Shown here: positions 47,816-61,924 of the stretch, piece by piece
Layout: every line of letters starts with the position of its first letter
Numbering within the stretch: position 1 is the first letter of the stretch
From: Selaginella moellendorffii
Taxonomy: Eukaryota; Plantae; Lycopodiophyta
Length of the DNA: 64,000 nt
Direction of reading: 5' to 3'
Assembly (NCBI RefSeq): GCF_000143415.4
Contig: NW_003314288.1
Coordinates: 629,619 to 693,618 of the forward strand
Notes under the pieces: generated by a model
What the model was told of the DNA's origin: nothing
Seen by the model: only the letters and a program-made list of their open reading frames with translations
Databases searched by the model: none
Position numbers and translations under genes: made by a program

Positions 47816-50800
47816 CAGAATTTCTATTCTTATCCAAGTTACCAGCATACAATTGCTGATATTGTTCCATGAGCGAGTGACTAAAGGCAACTTGCTGCAC
47901 TGCCTCCTTACACTCCAGGTACGTCTTCGGCTTAAACTTCAAAATCTCATTACAAGAAAGTGAACTTAAACCCTCCAAGAAATAACTCCGAGCATCTTTG
48001 TCACTCATATTTGCAATCATAATGCGCTTTTGAGCAAACGCATTAACGTAATGCATAAGGTCCCCTTGCTGCTTTAACCGCCACAGCTCTGCGCAAATTC
48101 TCAAACCAAGATCATCCGGCAAGTATTCCTTACAGATACAAGACCGCATCTTGGTCCAATTTCTAGTTTGCCCTTTTTCAGCACATACCTGGCGCCACCA
48201 AGTTTTGGCATGATTGGTGAGAAAGGATTGCAGACACGCAACTTTCATATGATCATCTATGTCTACCGCTATGAAATAGTTTTCCATATTGTAGACCTAG
48301 TCTTCTAAAACCTGATAGTCACGCATGCCTCTGAAATTGGGTGGTTTCGGGGGCTTGAACTTCGAAACTCGTGCAACCGGGGGCAGCTGCAGAACTTCAT
48401 CGTCCTTAGAACTTGAAGAGGAGTTCGGTTGCTTAGGTTTAGCTGGTTTAAGGGCCTCAGCTTCTTTCTTCCTCTTCTTGTTCTCCTTCTTCAATTTGCG
48501 AATCTCCTTTCGCAAATTCTCGACTTCCTGAGCTGTACGCTGCAATGCCACAGCATCTGGCTCTTCCTCTTCCGACTCAGCCTCAGCCTCTTCTGCAGCA
48601 TCTCTAGCAGGAGTTTCCTCCTCTTGATTCGCCCGTCTAGAGGTTTCAGTGTCATCAGCACAGTTCCTCTTCACCATCCTGCTAGCTGCATGCATTCTTC
48701 TATCAGTAACTGAACATGCATACAACGTTCTTACTGAATGGTGCTATCCAACTAATCCTACACAAGTCGCTTTAGATCTACTAGAAAAGTCTCTGCGTAT
48801 GCAACTTGAGTCACAAAATCTGACAAAAGTTGGATAGGAATCGCTAAGACAATTGCTCTGATACCAAATGTAGCACACCTGAATTTGGAGCCGAATTCCA
48901 AGCTCGTTGCACTACAAAACAAGGGTCCGGTACAATCCCATGAGCACCAACTCCCCATATCCAACACCTACACGCAAAATGGTGTCAAACGGAGTCTGGC
49001 ACAATTTTGGCATACCGGTGGCCTAATGCGAGGAGGAGGGTACCCCACCGACTAGAGCAGTGTGGAGCTTGGGCTTAGACCCAAGCCGAACGTAGAACAA
49101 GGAGCAACACAGCCCAGTGGGAGCCAAACTAATGTCTCAGGTGGTCGGACATACATTCTAACCACTATCTCTACTATACATTTGGAACCTCCCATAGCCC
49201 CTTCCCCCTTGAGGAACACACGCTTTGGGCTTTCACCCCAAGCCTCCCTTAGTACCAGGAGTTAGTCTCTGGGACAAGTCCGAAACTTACTAAATATGGA
49301 ATGTCCTTAGATTGCGAATTTGGACACGGGATGAACATCATCGTGTTCAGGCCGATCTCTACATTCCACAGATATGCCAAATGAGCAAATCTAGACACTT
49401 TCCATAAATAGTATATGGGACCGAAATGAGACCAACACTAAGGGCAAGTTAGCGAGGGTGTTTGGCAAACACGGTAAGCTATCATTCAGCGATATTGAGG
49501 GACTAGTCTCAATACGTGGGGGTTCTTGATACTAGCAAGTGCAAGCCAATGACAAGAGTTTCTCAAACCAAGCCGAATATGCTCAGCAAGAAACACATAG
49601 GGTACCTACCTTATGTTTATTCGATTTAAGTACACGGTCATTGACCAATTTCTCAACTAGCTCAAGTGGGAACAATAAAGGGAACCAATTGTATTGACCT
49701 TCTGCCGTCATGGCAGTAAAGAAAAAGTGTCCATAAGGACTAGCTGACAAGTATCTTTCGATACCCAAAGTCATATTTGTGACATACACCGACTTCAATG
49801 GCTAAGTTATGCAATTTCCTTGGTATGGCTAGTTACTACCAACATTTTCAACATAAGTTTGCAGAGGTGGCTATTCCTTTGACATGATTGTTGCACAAGA
49901 ATGTGCCATTCGAGTGGAAGAAGCCACATGAAGATAGTTTTGTGGCATTGAAACGGTTGTTAAGCGAGGCTCTAGCACTTTACATTACTAATTCATCAAA
50001 AGCTTATGAGGTGACATGTGATGCAAGTGGTTATGCACCGGGAGGAGTTCTCATGCAAGAGGGACAACCTATTATATATGAGAGTCGAACTTTAAATCCC
50101 GTGGAACAATGCTATTCCATATATAAACAAGAGTTACTCTCTATTGTTCATGCTTTATAGACGTGGTGGCACTATCTTTATGGTGCAATATTCACGGTGT
50201 TGATGGATCATAAACCCTTTGTATATCTTTTCACATAGAAGGAGTTGAACACTAGGCAAGTTTGTTGGATGGTCAAACTCATGGAGTTTGGGAAGTTTCT
50301 TATTGAACATCGTTTAGGAAAATCGAATGTGGTGGCAGATGCTTTATCTTGTGTTTGCCATGTGATGGCATTACAAACATGGTTTTGTCATCATTTGAGT
50401 AAAGTGGTTAATGAGTTTGGGCAATTGGTTAAGTGTGCTCAGGGTCAAGATGTTGAGGTGGTCTTGTTGCAAGTTCAGATGGAAGCACCTTTTTCATTAG
50501 TGGATGGGATTCTTTACTACAATGGCTATATGTATTTGCCATAAGTGGATACATTAATTACTTAGGTATTCCTTTATCATGATTGTCCAAAAGCCAGTCA
50601 TTTTTGGGGGAAAAAGACATATGAGTTGATTAAGCATAATTTCAATTGGAGGAATATGAAGGCTGATATCCTCAAGTATTGTAAGTCATGTGAGCTCTGT
50701 CAGTGGGTAAAGATGCCATGAGAGAAGCTAGGGGGACTTTTGCAACCTTTACCTATTCCTCAGAGCCATTGGTGTAGTATCTCTATGGACTTCAGCACTT

Positions 50801-52199
50801 GTTTGCCACAAGCACATAGGCAAAAGGAGCAAATATGGGTTATAGTGGATCATTTGATGAAGTATGTGTGGTTGTTGGCTTTTTGGAAGACTATCACTAC
50901 CTTAAACTTGGTTGCGGTCTACTTGGAGAAGGTTTTTCTTGATTTTGGTTTGCTGGAGGACATTGTTAGCAATTGAGATTCAAAATTCACTAGTGGATTT
51001 TGGAAAAGCTTTGCAAAGGCTATACAAGTGACTCTGAAACTCTCAAGTGAAGGTCATCCTCAGATGGATGGGGAAACTAAGTGTGTGAATCAAGTGGTGG
51101 AGGATATGCTACAATGTAGCATTGGTCAAAGGTAAGGATAGTGGGATTTATATCTTCCATTGGTGCAATTTGCCTACAACAATAGCTAACACAGTGGAAC
51201 CAAGTTAAATCTTTACTTTGCCATGTTTGGAAGGCATCCTCAAACAGTAGTGGAGTTGGAATTGCATTTGAGTAAGGATGTTCAAGAAAAGCTTGATTCA
51301 GAGGCAACTAATCTAGCCACGGAACTTGATGAGATTTTGGTGGTGTGCAAATGAAATTTGCAAGCAGCTTAGGATAAAGCGAAGAAGTTTGCTCATGAGT
51401 ATCATCAATTCCGGAAATATAAGGTGGGTGATCTTGTCTTTGTGGGAATGATTTTTCTGTCAAGTGAGCAGCAAAACACTAATGCCTTTGCGGAATGGAA
51501 AGATTGATAAACTTTCTTATCGGTATGCTAGTCTATATGAAGTGTTAGAGCGCATTGGTAAGGCAAGTGTAGCTGCCAGCTAGGGTTGTTAGGCGTTAGC
51601 TTTGACCACATGGTCAATGTCGATCAAAGGGAGGCTCAAGGGTTTATGAAGGCATGTTAGGGTAAAAACTTTAACCTACCCTAGGTTTCACTATGGACCG
51701 GTAGTGCAAAGGAGCTTTTGAGGTAGCTGGGGGTGGTTGGGTGGTGAGGAACTTCCTAATCTAGTTTAGGAAGATTAGATTGTTGACTTTTCCTGCTTTG
51801 TCATAACACAATTATTGTTCATGATATGAGGAATGTCATGGATGGGGACATAACATTGGAACTTTTCAATAATATGCAAAAAATACTCTTATCCTCTTTT
51901 GACATTTATGGATAATAGGAGTTCTATTTCCTGTGCTTCTTCTATATCACTAATAAATAACAAAAGTCCTCATATTCTCTCTCCTCCACTCTCTTTTATA
52001 ACATGCAATATAGAATTAATGGAGGATGAGTGGTTTATGTTTGTTTTTGCTGGAGTCATAAATAGTATAATTATGATGATCTTGGTGGACTTTTTAGCTT
52101 AGCAATTTCCTCTATTCAGTGTTTAATTGTTTGAAGTTTCATTATAGCAAGTCTCTTGTACTTCTGTTTACTAATCATAAGTCATCAGTATAGATATTA

Positions 52200-53549
52200 T
52201 GTATGGAAAAGCTGGCTGTGTGGTGTGGGCATTTGGAGGAATCGAGAAGGATCTTTGATGCATTGCTGGCAAAGAACATTGCATCTGGACGGTGCTCACG
52301 AGCGCATATGCTGAGAGTGGGCATCCGGGCAAGGCCAAGGCAGCGTTCGATCAAATGGTGGTGCAGGATGTAGTTTCCTCCACTGCGATGGTCAAGGTGC
52401 TGGGCGATTGCGGGCGGATTGGATTGAGCAAGCAGTGTTTGATGCGATGCCCAAGAGGAACGGCAAGACGTGGGCGACGCTGCTGCGGGGATTTGCTCGC
52501 GGCGGAGAGATTGGGCAAGCGAGAGAGGTGCTGGATCAGATGCCCGAGACGAATGTGGTAGCCTGGACGATCCTCCTGCAGGGTTTCGTGCAGCGCGGGC
52601 GAGTGGGCGATGCGAAGGCTGCATTTGATCCATGCCTGAGAAGAACAGCATCACTCGCGCGGTGATGCTCGTCATGTTTGCGGAGAATGGATACGTGGAG
52701 GAGGCGGAGGATGTCTTCCAGGAGATTGTCCACCGAAACGCGATCCTCTGGGGCAGCTATGCCCAAAATGGGGATTTGATTCAAGCCAAGAGTTTGTTTG
52801 ATAGGATGCCTCTGCACAGCATACTTGATTATGATCAAGTCATACGCGCAAAAAGGTGATGCTGATCAAGGAAAACAATTGTTTGAAGCAATGCCACACA
52901 GAGATCTTGTTTCATGGAACTTGGATAATCGCTGTTTATGCCCAGAGAGGTCGTTTCAAAGACGCTATATGAGCGTTTTCTTTGTGTTGCTGCTGGGATT
53001 CCTATTCATGGAACACAATTCTCGTGGTATGCGCTTTAGATGCAAATATTTGTGAGGCAAAGAAGACGTTTGATAGAATACCAACTTGGAATTTGGTCTC
53101 CTGGAACACGACGCTAGCAGCATATGCCCAGACCAGCCATGCGTATTCTGCGATCCAGCTCTTTTGGGCGATGTTTCTTCACGGCTTTGATCCCGACAAG
53201 GCAGCGTTTGCCATCGTTTTGACGGCATGTAGCCATCTGGGGCTTGTCAAGGAAGCAGTAAGCTACTTCACGGCAATGAGCTTTGACAATGGATTGGATC
53301 CTTCGCAAGACCACTACACCTGCATTGTTGATGCTCTAGGACGGCAATTGGAAGAGGCCGAGGATGTCCTGGAGAATGCCTTTGCCAGCTGATGGAGTTG
53401 CATGGGCAACGTTTCTTACCGCGTGTAAAAACCACGGGGAGATGAATCGAGGGATGCATGCTGCGGAATTTACGTGCCAGTCCAGCGTTGTGAGTGATGC
53501 ATTGCCTTATGTGATGCTGGAGAACATCTTCAGAGCAGTTCAGACTTGA
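52200..53549 (+). pseudogene. PLS/E-class PPR pseudogene
   Basis: Many SS-type motifs (AFDQM..VVAWT), VLTACSHLG, HYTCIVDALGR, WATFLTACKNHG; multiple frameshifts. Confidence 0.85.
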
Positions 53550-54299
53550 TGTGTTGACCCAAACATCGATCGTTGATATCCAGCCATTTCGTGAGCCGCC
53601 CCATCCCCCATGGATGGAGAGCGGGACGCACAGAGGATTGAGCATAGGAGAGTCTTCATGAGGAGCATAGTCCTCCGCCTCTCACGTATCGTGGTGTCCC
53701 ATGCATCTGGAATGTTAAGTGCAATGGATTTGCTATAGTCAGATCCAATGGCTGTTGTGAATTTCAGCAGCAGCACTGCGCTGCTCCTGCTCCACATCAG
53801 TGCCATGCTAGGCGTGGCAATCCAGATTCTCAAGACCATGCTGGTGAGAGTGAGCCGTGGAAGTCTCTCATGAGCTCTTGTTGAAAGTGGGAAGTAGTGG
53901 TGTGGAAAGCTTGCGTTTGAGGCGCGGGTGGAGATGGGCTCATTGCAGTAAGGTGATAGCTCGTTCCCATTGCCTTCCTTTTGTATCCTATCTCCCTCGT
54001 TGCCTCCCGACATGTTCTCCTCTCTGTGTTCCATATGTTATCCTCTCCACTTGTGAAGCATTGCACAGCATGTTGCTGGAGCTGGGCCTCAGCCAATTCG
54101 TTGATGGCTAGCATTTACGAAGGCTTCATTGGATGTTGATACAGAGAATTAAGTTTAAAGACAATTGGCCCACTTTTATGATGGGCTTAATCTATGTTGA
54201 CTGGATTGTTCTTTGCAAAGCATGTATGCAAGGCGATTTTACAAGGAAACTTATCAAATCTTCCGCAAAGTCAATGCCATAATCTGTCAAGAACAAAAT

Positions 54300-55600
54300 C
54301 CTTGGAGAGCTTTAGGAATTAATATATGCATAATGAAGGATAGTTAACTAATTTGATGATGAGAAATTTGACATATGTTATCAAACATATTATCTAGCAT
54401 AGCAATCAGGGATGCTCAACATCCCAAACAATTCTTCCAATTGGAAATAAGAAATATCACAAGTGCCATTTCCTACTCATCCATTCCCTTTGAAAACTTT
54501 CTTTCTATTCTGCAGGGTGGAGTTTTATATATAATGTTGTTGTATAGGGCAATATCGCTTCTTCAATGGCAACTAGCACTTGTTCAATGTTTCGTGACCA
54601 ATCTATTCCCTTCTCTTCCAATATCATGGAATATAAGTATATGAAATTTTTCAAAACTAACATATTGGAGTACAATCTTAATCATTCTTAAACTCTTAGG
54701 AATACTAGACTCAACTAGAGATATACTTCAGTTCCCTTTAATCTTCCAGTCTAGCATCATTCCAAATCCAGGATTGGTATTCAGATAGAATATTGCTAGC
54801 CTTTTGAGACAAGTATAATAGTTGTTTTGAATCATTAGGATCATCCTTTAGTGATTTTAATCTACATCGAGTTATAATTTAAATAGATTGCTACTTTGTC
54901 CTCGCTAGATGGAGAAAAAGTGTTATATAAGCTCATATTTTTTATGCATCAAGTATTCTTTACAAATCAAATATTTATTTTAATAGCTTATTTTCTGCAG
55001 GCTATTTGCAAAAGAACCCATAAGGTGTATGACCTGTTTAGTATTTGCACACATATCAATTTTGTTAAATTTATATTCTTTATTTACCTATCTTTTATGG
55101 CTTTAGTTAAGTTATAGTCATTTACACCTTTGAGTATTTCTTCAATTTAGGCACTATATTTTTGGTTTGCTTAAGCAAACCAACATAGGATATACTTGGG
55201 TATTCTTGAATGTTCTATAATTTAATTGTTGATATTTATGTAGAATAAGTTTGTGTTTATAAATTAAAAGCATTTTAATAATGGTCATCACGTTGATTAC
55301 ATATAGTTGACTGAGGGTTTCGGCAAAAAGATGTTTCTAATTTATTTTCAAAGCTTTTAAATATGAGAACTACTAGTTCAATGTTTGGATATATAAGTTG
55401 TACGGATCCTCATTTTTATCATTTCTCAAGTGGCCACTAGTCCTTTATTAACCTCTGTTGTTCTCCACCAAAGCTTAACATTATCTCCAAGTATAATTTA
55501 GCATATAAGACCTTCTCTGAGCTCAATAATAGTAATGCTTAAAAGTTATTATAAAACCAATCCTCCACCACCTTATAATCATTCATGTTTGCAAATGTGA
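54300..55600 (+). mobile_element. Possible highly decayed LINE RT remnant
   Basis: YRAISLL and LDGEK..Y resemble YRPISLL and LDxEKAFD in the expected order; otherwise AT-rich and broken. Confidence 0.3.
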
Positions 55601-56339
55601 TTTTGTGGCAAGGATGCAAGAGCAACAAGAAGTCCTCCAGACAAGCTAACTTCTCAAGTTTAACCAGCTACCACCTCCATGCAAGGGTACTTTCCACGAG
55701 CTCAAAGGGTAGAGGGCTATCTCTTGATATTTTTTTGTTGTTCTCTAGGCTCCAATCTGTTAGGAGTGATGCAAAGAGACTGTTATTGATCAGGCCAGGG
55801 ATTTCCAACCCAAAGCTATGTTTCTCATACCTGAAAAGTATATCCATGAAATATCTATAATAATAAGAACAAAGGCACCAGACCCCCACAGCCATCCGAT
55901 CCCAGGCCCGGGGCAGCCTTGGAAGCCATGGTTCTCGGCAAGGGGAGGCCACCCCAGGTTTGGGCCAGGACCAGTGGCCATGGTTAGTGGGAATATTGGC
56001 TCAATGTTGTGGTGGCCAATGAGTGGGATGTACATGTGGCCGGGAAGAGAAGAGGGCATGGTGACAGGTGTTATGCCATGCACTTATAGGGCTTCATTGC
56101 TTGTGGTGCATGAGCAGCACCATAGCATTTGCTAGGCAAATACTCATATTTTCTATAATATGCCGAGATGACTGTTGACTTTATTGATGATGTCTTGATC
56201 CACTTAAAAGGGTATATCATGTTTTAGTTTCTCTTCTAAATAAAAGACAAGTGCCTGAGGTTGTACATATCGAAGTACAAACCAAAGAAGCAGATCAATG
56301 GATCTCTCTGCGACGCGTCAATCAACAGTCAAACGAGGC

Positions 56340-57948
56340 AAGCAGTGCATACTTGATCCTCTTCCAGTTGATCCACTTTCCTGTAACCAATGGTGCTACC
56401 GTTGCTCCTCAGGTACCAGCCCAGCTCGCTGTCCCATGCCTTGACGTGATATTCCATGACCCTTTATCCCTCGCTCTCGGATCTCCAGTGCGTTGAACTT
56501 TGAGACCTTGCCAAGATCAAGCTCGATCCAGCCGGTCGACTCCCCTTGCATTGGAGCCCAGAAAGTTTCCATACGCTCGTCAAGGATTTGCTTCGGCCCG
56601 AATGAAGAGCTGTGAACACTGCTTGCTGTCACGGACAAGGGATTCGCTGCTAAGTTGACGCTGAAGATGGAATCTATGGCGGAGCTAAACCGCTCCAGCG
56701 TCTGGAAGTCGGATTCGTCGATCAGTCCCGACGAGTTTGGAGGGACGTTGAGCAGAAGCAAGCAGTTCCTGGTGGATGATTTGTAGAAAACGTCGAGCAG
56801 CTGCTCCAGGGATTTTGGAGCCTCGTTCCTGTGCCAAAACCAACCGGGCCTGATGGACATATCGCACTCCAGAGGGAGCCAGTCGGTTCCAGCACTCTCT
56901 CAAGACATCAAGTACCTGTTGATGTTGCGAATTGGATCGAGTTTCACGAGAACGAAAGTTTCATGGAAGGATGGATTTTACGTACTGGCCATCGCTCCTG
57001 CCGATCGTAATGGAAGATCTGTTCGCCATCGCCCAGCATGGTTGTCCGGCCTCGCCATACTCGTTCCCAACCCATCAGATGTCGGGGACAGCGTCGGAAA
57101 AGATGTTGGCACCGGGGATGAATCATGTCAAACCAGAGCTCAAAATCGTAGCTCATGTTCACTGCACTGGGTGATTTCGCACCATCCAGCCACACCTCGG
57201 AGATCGGCCCATATCTGCACGCCAAAACAAAATGCCTCGTCAAGGCATCTGCTGCTAGAGATGAAAACTACAAAAGCCCACAAGCTCGCGAGCTCCTAAT
57301 GCTAAAACCGTTTGATGGGCTGGAGCAAATGCAAACATATCACACAGTGATCATGCCACCAAGAAAAATGCATGAAGAAGAAGCAAAGAATGTCTCACTC
57401 ACCCAGTAAGAAGCTCTGGGAGCTGAGGCAAGTAGAACTCGTTGTAGAGAAGAGTGTCGCCATAGCAGCTCTCGTGCAAATCCCATGGCGAGAGGTAAAA
57501 GCCCACGTACGCTCCCTGGCGGCGGCCACGAACTCGGCCACCACATCCCCCTTCCCTCCTCGCCAAGAGCTGCTAGCCACGGAGAGATTTGTAGGCCGAG
57601 GGCCACAGGCAGAACCCGTCGTGGTGCTTGACCGTGAGGATCACGAGCTGCGCGCCCGCGGATTGGGCCGCGTCCATCCACTGCGACGCATTCAATCGCT
57701 CCGGGTTGAAGATGGAGGGCGATTCGTGGCCGGATCCACGCTCCGAGTCCGTGAATGTGTTGACGCCGAAGTGGAAGAACATCGAGAGGCGGCGCGAGTG
57801 GAACTGGAGCTGGCGCCATGAGGGAATTGGGCGGAGAGGGAGCGATGGGGGCGAATTTAGGGCGACAGCTCCCTAGAACACTAGTATCTCGAGGAGCAAG
57901 AAAGAGAGATGGAAATTCATTGCTATAGAGAATGGAGGAGAGAGCCAA
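56340..57948 (-). pseudogene. FUC1: Alpha-L-fucosidase (GH29) pseudogene
   Basis: MFFHFGVNTFTD, LTVKHHDGFCLWPS, EVWLDGAK, SIRPGWFWH, LLLNVPPNSSGLI; several frameshifts. Confidence 0.88.
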
Positions 57949-58188
57949 TCTTATAAGCCCAGTGGAGTAGAGGAATTCTCACCAGAGAGTAAAATCTTTG
58001 CTTCTTCCAGGGTGTCCTTGTTCTTGCAAGGCAAGATGGATTATCTTCTTCTTCTTAGCCGTGATCTCCAAGCTAGATTGGAATGTTCTTTCTCCGTCCA
58101 GGATTCTCAAGAGCTGTGGAGGTCGCGCCCGGATTCTCGCAAGGAATACCTCGCGAATCGCGAATGCATGTGAGATCCAGCAAAGTTT

Positions 58189-58785
58189 ATGGCATTGCTC
58201 TTCCCCATTTCCACAGACACCTCAGAGGATTGCTTGCTCTCCTGGGGAGCACTGCTCAAGAACTGCCGGGATCTGTCACAGGGGAGGCAAATCCACGCCC
58301 GCATTGCGCAGAGCGAGCACCGCCGCAACAAATACCTCGCGAATCTGCTCGTCCAGATGTATGGCAAATGCGGCAGCGTCGATGACGCCCGTGCAATCTT
58401 CGAATCCATAGAGAATCTTAAGCTCTTCTCCTCCAAAATCATGATCCAGGCCTACGCACAGGCGAAATATCTAAATCGAGCGGGCAGAACGTTCGATGGG
58501 ATGCTCCGGCGAGATGCCTCGACGTGGAACTCGATCGTCACGGCATATGCCGACAACGGGCATCTTGATAAAGCGGGAGAGATTTTCGAATTGGCTCCAG
58601 AGAAGAACGAGGTCTCTTGAAATGTGATGATCACGCTTTGCATCCGCACTGGAAAGATAGCTTCTGCCAAGGATTTGTTTGATCGGATGCCCGTGAAGAC
58701 GATCGTTGCGCAGACTGCCTTCGTCACAGCATTTGCCAGGGAAGGGCATTTGGAAGTAGCCGAGGCTTTGTTTGAGAACATAAAG
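58189..58785 (+). pseudogene. PPR (PLS) N-terminal fragment
   Basis: LSQGRQIHARI..LANLLVQMYGKCGSVDDARAIF; in-frame TGA at 58618. Confidence 0.85.
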
Positions 58786-61257
58786 AGTCATGGGCTTTTG
58801 GCTCTCGCTGTCTACAGACAACTCCAACCGAACAGCAAATGCAGGTTGGGCAGTCTTTTTCTCTTGAGTTGATACAAACAAAGACTTTCTGGCGACAGGC
58901 AACTGCATTTGAGGTGAAAAGGCTACTGATTCCCGGAAAGCAGAAAGAGGCTTTACGGGCTGCCCAAGACGGGCAACTTTGGGGATGTGCTCTTCTTATG
59001 GCCCGGCAGCTGGGAGAGAAGGTACCTAGTCTTGTAGAGACCGTTAGTGATGGTCTTGTGGTTTTTAATAGTTCTACACACTATAGTGGAGATGGCTCAA
59101 CGTCAGTTTCAACCCTCCGGACTCTAACTCTTCTTTATGCTGGTCAACATGCTGGAGTGTTCGTAGGGAACACTAATTCGTCGAACGTAACAGCGCTTCA
59201 ACCTCAACCGGTTCCAGCGTCCGCTGTAGATGGTGCAACACAGGTGAAATACTTTTATCAAGCTGCTCTCTTGCTTAAGGAGTGCATGTTGACTTGCAGG
59301 ACGCAGTAGAAGGAATGCTCGAAGAATGGCAGGAAAACCTGGCTATAATGGCAGTTAACCGAACTAATGGGGACGAGAGAGTGGTTATGCATCTTGGTGA
59401 TTGTCGCTGGAGACATCGAGATGAGGTATATACACGGTCACACGTTGATGTTTCTCATAGTTTTAACTTGCAGATATGTGGAGCCCATATTTGCTATCGT
59501 GTTCCAAATGCTAGTTTTGAGCCTTTCTCTACTTCTGCCAGACTTTGTCTTATAGCTGCCGACCATTGTTTCCACGCACGTACGCTAGTCCAGAAGCTAT
59601 CCAGGTAAGCCGTGTTTGTCCTCAATAACAATTGTTAACCTTTTCTTCATCAGCGAATGGAAGTGTACGAATTTGCAAGAATGACCGGCAATTCCCAGTT
59701 TATTTTACTTCCTTTTCAGCCATACAAGCTTATTTATGCGTCGATGCTTGCTGAAGCTGGAAAGATAAACGAAGCTTTAAGGTTGGTAGTGTGTATCCTT
59801 AAGGTTTCTCTTTGAAAACAGTGGGCCATGCAGCTGATGTGTGCAAAGAAGCGGCTGTAGCCTTGGAAGAGCGTCTTCGTATCCACTCTCAGGTTTGTAA
59901 TCGGACACTCGGCTTTTATACTCACTTTCCTGTTATCCAGGGAGGCTCGACGTCAATTGTGCAACGGTTTTTTGGCAATATTGGTCTACACAAGATGATA
60001 AGCCCTTCTTCCCCGAAAGCTTCTGATATGCTGATATTAATAACTGTCCTGCAACAGCTAGTGTATCACTTGCCTCGTCGGCATCAATGGAACCCATAAG
60101 TGATAATACGAGAAGATCCAACATGCCAGCAAGAAGCATTTCTGAGCCTGACTTTAGGCCTGCACAGGTAACTCGACTTGCTCTTGTGTACCTTCGATTA
60201 AGACTTGTATTCTTTCATCAGATCGTTAGTCCAGCGAAAGGAACGCCAAACAGAGGCGTCTTTACTTCTTTCGTGCAAAGAGTGATGGGCTTCATAAAAA
60301 CACCTTCGAAGGAGGTTTGTAAAAGCTTTGGAAAGAGCGCTAGCTGATTGATGGTTGGTACGTGATGCAGGCAAAGCTTGGCGACAGCAACAAGTTTAGA
60401 TACGACGAGACACTGAAGCGCTGGGTTGAAGAAGGAGCCGAGGCACAAGCGCCAGAGCTTCCGTTGGCTCCTCCTCCCACGGCAAACAAGCTCGTCTCGC
60501 GCGTGGAGGAGAACGGCGCTCCTATTTCCATGTCTCCGGAGAGGCGACGGCCAACTCCGGAAAGGCCGCAACCGGTTGTGAGTGGAATCCCACCAATGCC
60601 TCCGAGCAGTAACCAGTACGCAGCTCGCGCACGTCAAAACATTAGATCAAGGTATCGTTTTGGTCATTCCCAGCACTCCAATCTCACGAGGTTTTTGCAG
60701 ATATGTCGATACATTCAGCAAAGGTAGCATAACACCATCCAAGACATCATCGGACTCTCCTCCACTGTTTGGCGTGGTGCCAAAGGCAAGCGCAAAGCCT
60801 TTGGCTGCAGCGAGATTTTTCGTGCCTGCGGCCGCTGCTGCCGCTGCTCCAGATATCAACAGCAACCATTCGGTGGATCCTTCCTCGGCACCGGCCTTTG
60901 TCCCCGACACGGCATTCTCAAACGGGAATGGACCGTTTGCAGCAGCAGCATTCGCTCAGCCGGTTGTACAGGATATGAGAAACGATCCGGGGCCAACGCC
61001 TGATCATCTCTCGAGCGGCTCTTCGCCAGCAATGTTCTATTTGAATCACTATCCAGCAGCACCGTTGACCATCTCGTTGCCGCCACCTCCCAGCTCTGGA
61101 AGTCACTCTGCCAGTGATGGTCGAGCAGCAGCAGCAAAACCAACACCAGGAAAGTTTGATTCATTGGCACTACCATCAACAGTCCGGCACAGTGGGATTC
61201 GAAGCTGCCAGTTCGTCCGGAGTGTTTGGAGACTACTTGCAAGAGGTGGAATTGTAA
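58786..61257 (+). pseudogene. SEC16: SEC16/MAG5 C-terminal half (multi-exon, damaged)
   Basis: KEALRAAQDGQLWGCALL, WQENLAIMAVNRT, AKLGDSNKFRYDETLKRWVEEG, RSRYVDTF, terminal LQEVEL* at 61257; short GT-AG introns. Confidence 0.85.
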
Positions 61258-61924
61258 ATCACACTCCACAAGTAAGTAGTAGTGGGTGGATTCTGGTAGA
61301 ACAGTGTAGCGAGGTAGTAGTCGTGGAAGGAGGGATTTTTTTGGCTGGGGTGATTCTTTGGAGCCACGAGCGAAGCTAGGAAGCAAGATAAATAAAATGG
61401 ATCAAACAATATAATTCAGGAATTAAATTCTATAAAACAATAAAATTTAAAATGAAAACTGTAAAATATAACATAGAATATAAATAGAATAAAATAGAGT
61501 AATAAACTACGACATATGCAACATATAGTCTTCAATAATAAATTTCAAGCCACGATTCTCATTATATAATCTTGTAAACACAATTTCAATAAATACTAAA
61601 AAAATTCTAGTTATCTCATTTTTTATAAAAACTTTTTATGGAGTCTCTTCTTGAACTATATGACAGCACTACTCTTGCATTTCAATTCTTTCACCCTCTT
61701 AGCCTTATGGTTTTTTCTTAGGTTTTATTATTTGGGTTCTCTTGGGTTCACCACTACTGGTTCATGGATCACATCTTAGGAGGCATTTTTCCTTCCTCTT
61801 TAGCACATCCTAAGCACATATGTCTCCCACCCTGTTTTGGCTTGTTTATGGCCATGGTAAGTTTTTCTTTCCTCAAAACATATGGTTTCCATTATTATAA
61901 AGAATATACATTTGTATTTTAGTA

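Larger units (their letters stand above)
42378..49784 (-). mobile_element. Chromovirus LTR retrotransposon #5
   Basis: ~0.9-kb LTRs at 42378-43268 and 48869-49784; perfect TACAC TSD; PBS TGGTATCAGAGC at 48855-48866; PPT at 43269-43276; gag CCHC CFHCGESGHRSLEC, RT YIDDVL, integrase, chromodomain EYEVE..YLVKWKGY. Confidence 0.95.
40044..51808 (+). mobile_element. Ty3/gypsy LTR retrotransposon #4 (same family as #2; 5' LTR truncated), host of gypsy #5
   Basis: Partial 5' LTR ending 40149, 3' LTR 51587-51808; gag/PR/RT/RH/INT colinear and highly similar to #2. Confidence 0.88.

Noticed and set aside
53540-54114. 164-aa minus-strand ORF; also the ORF clusters at 8601-8986 and 55585-56135
   Set aside because: No recognisable homology by eye
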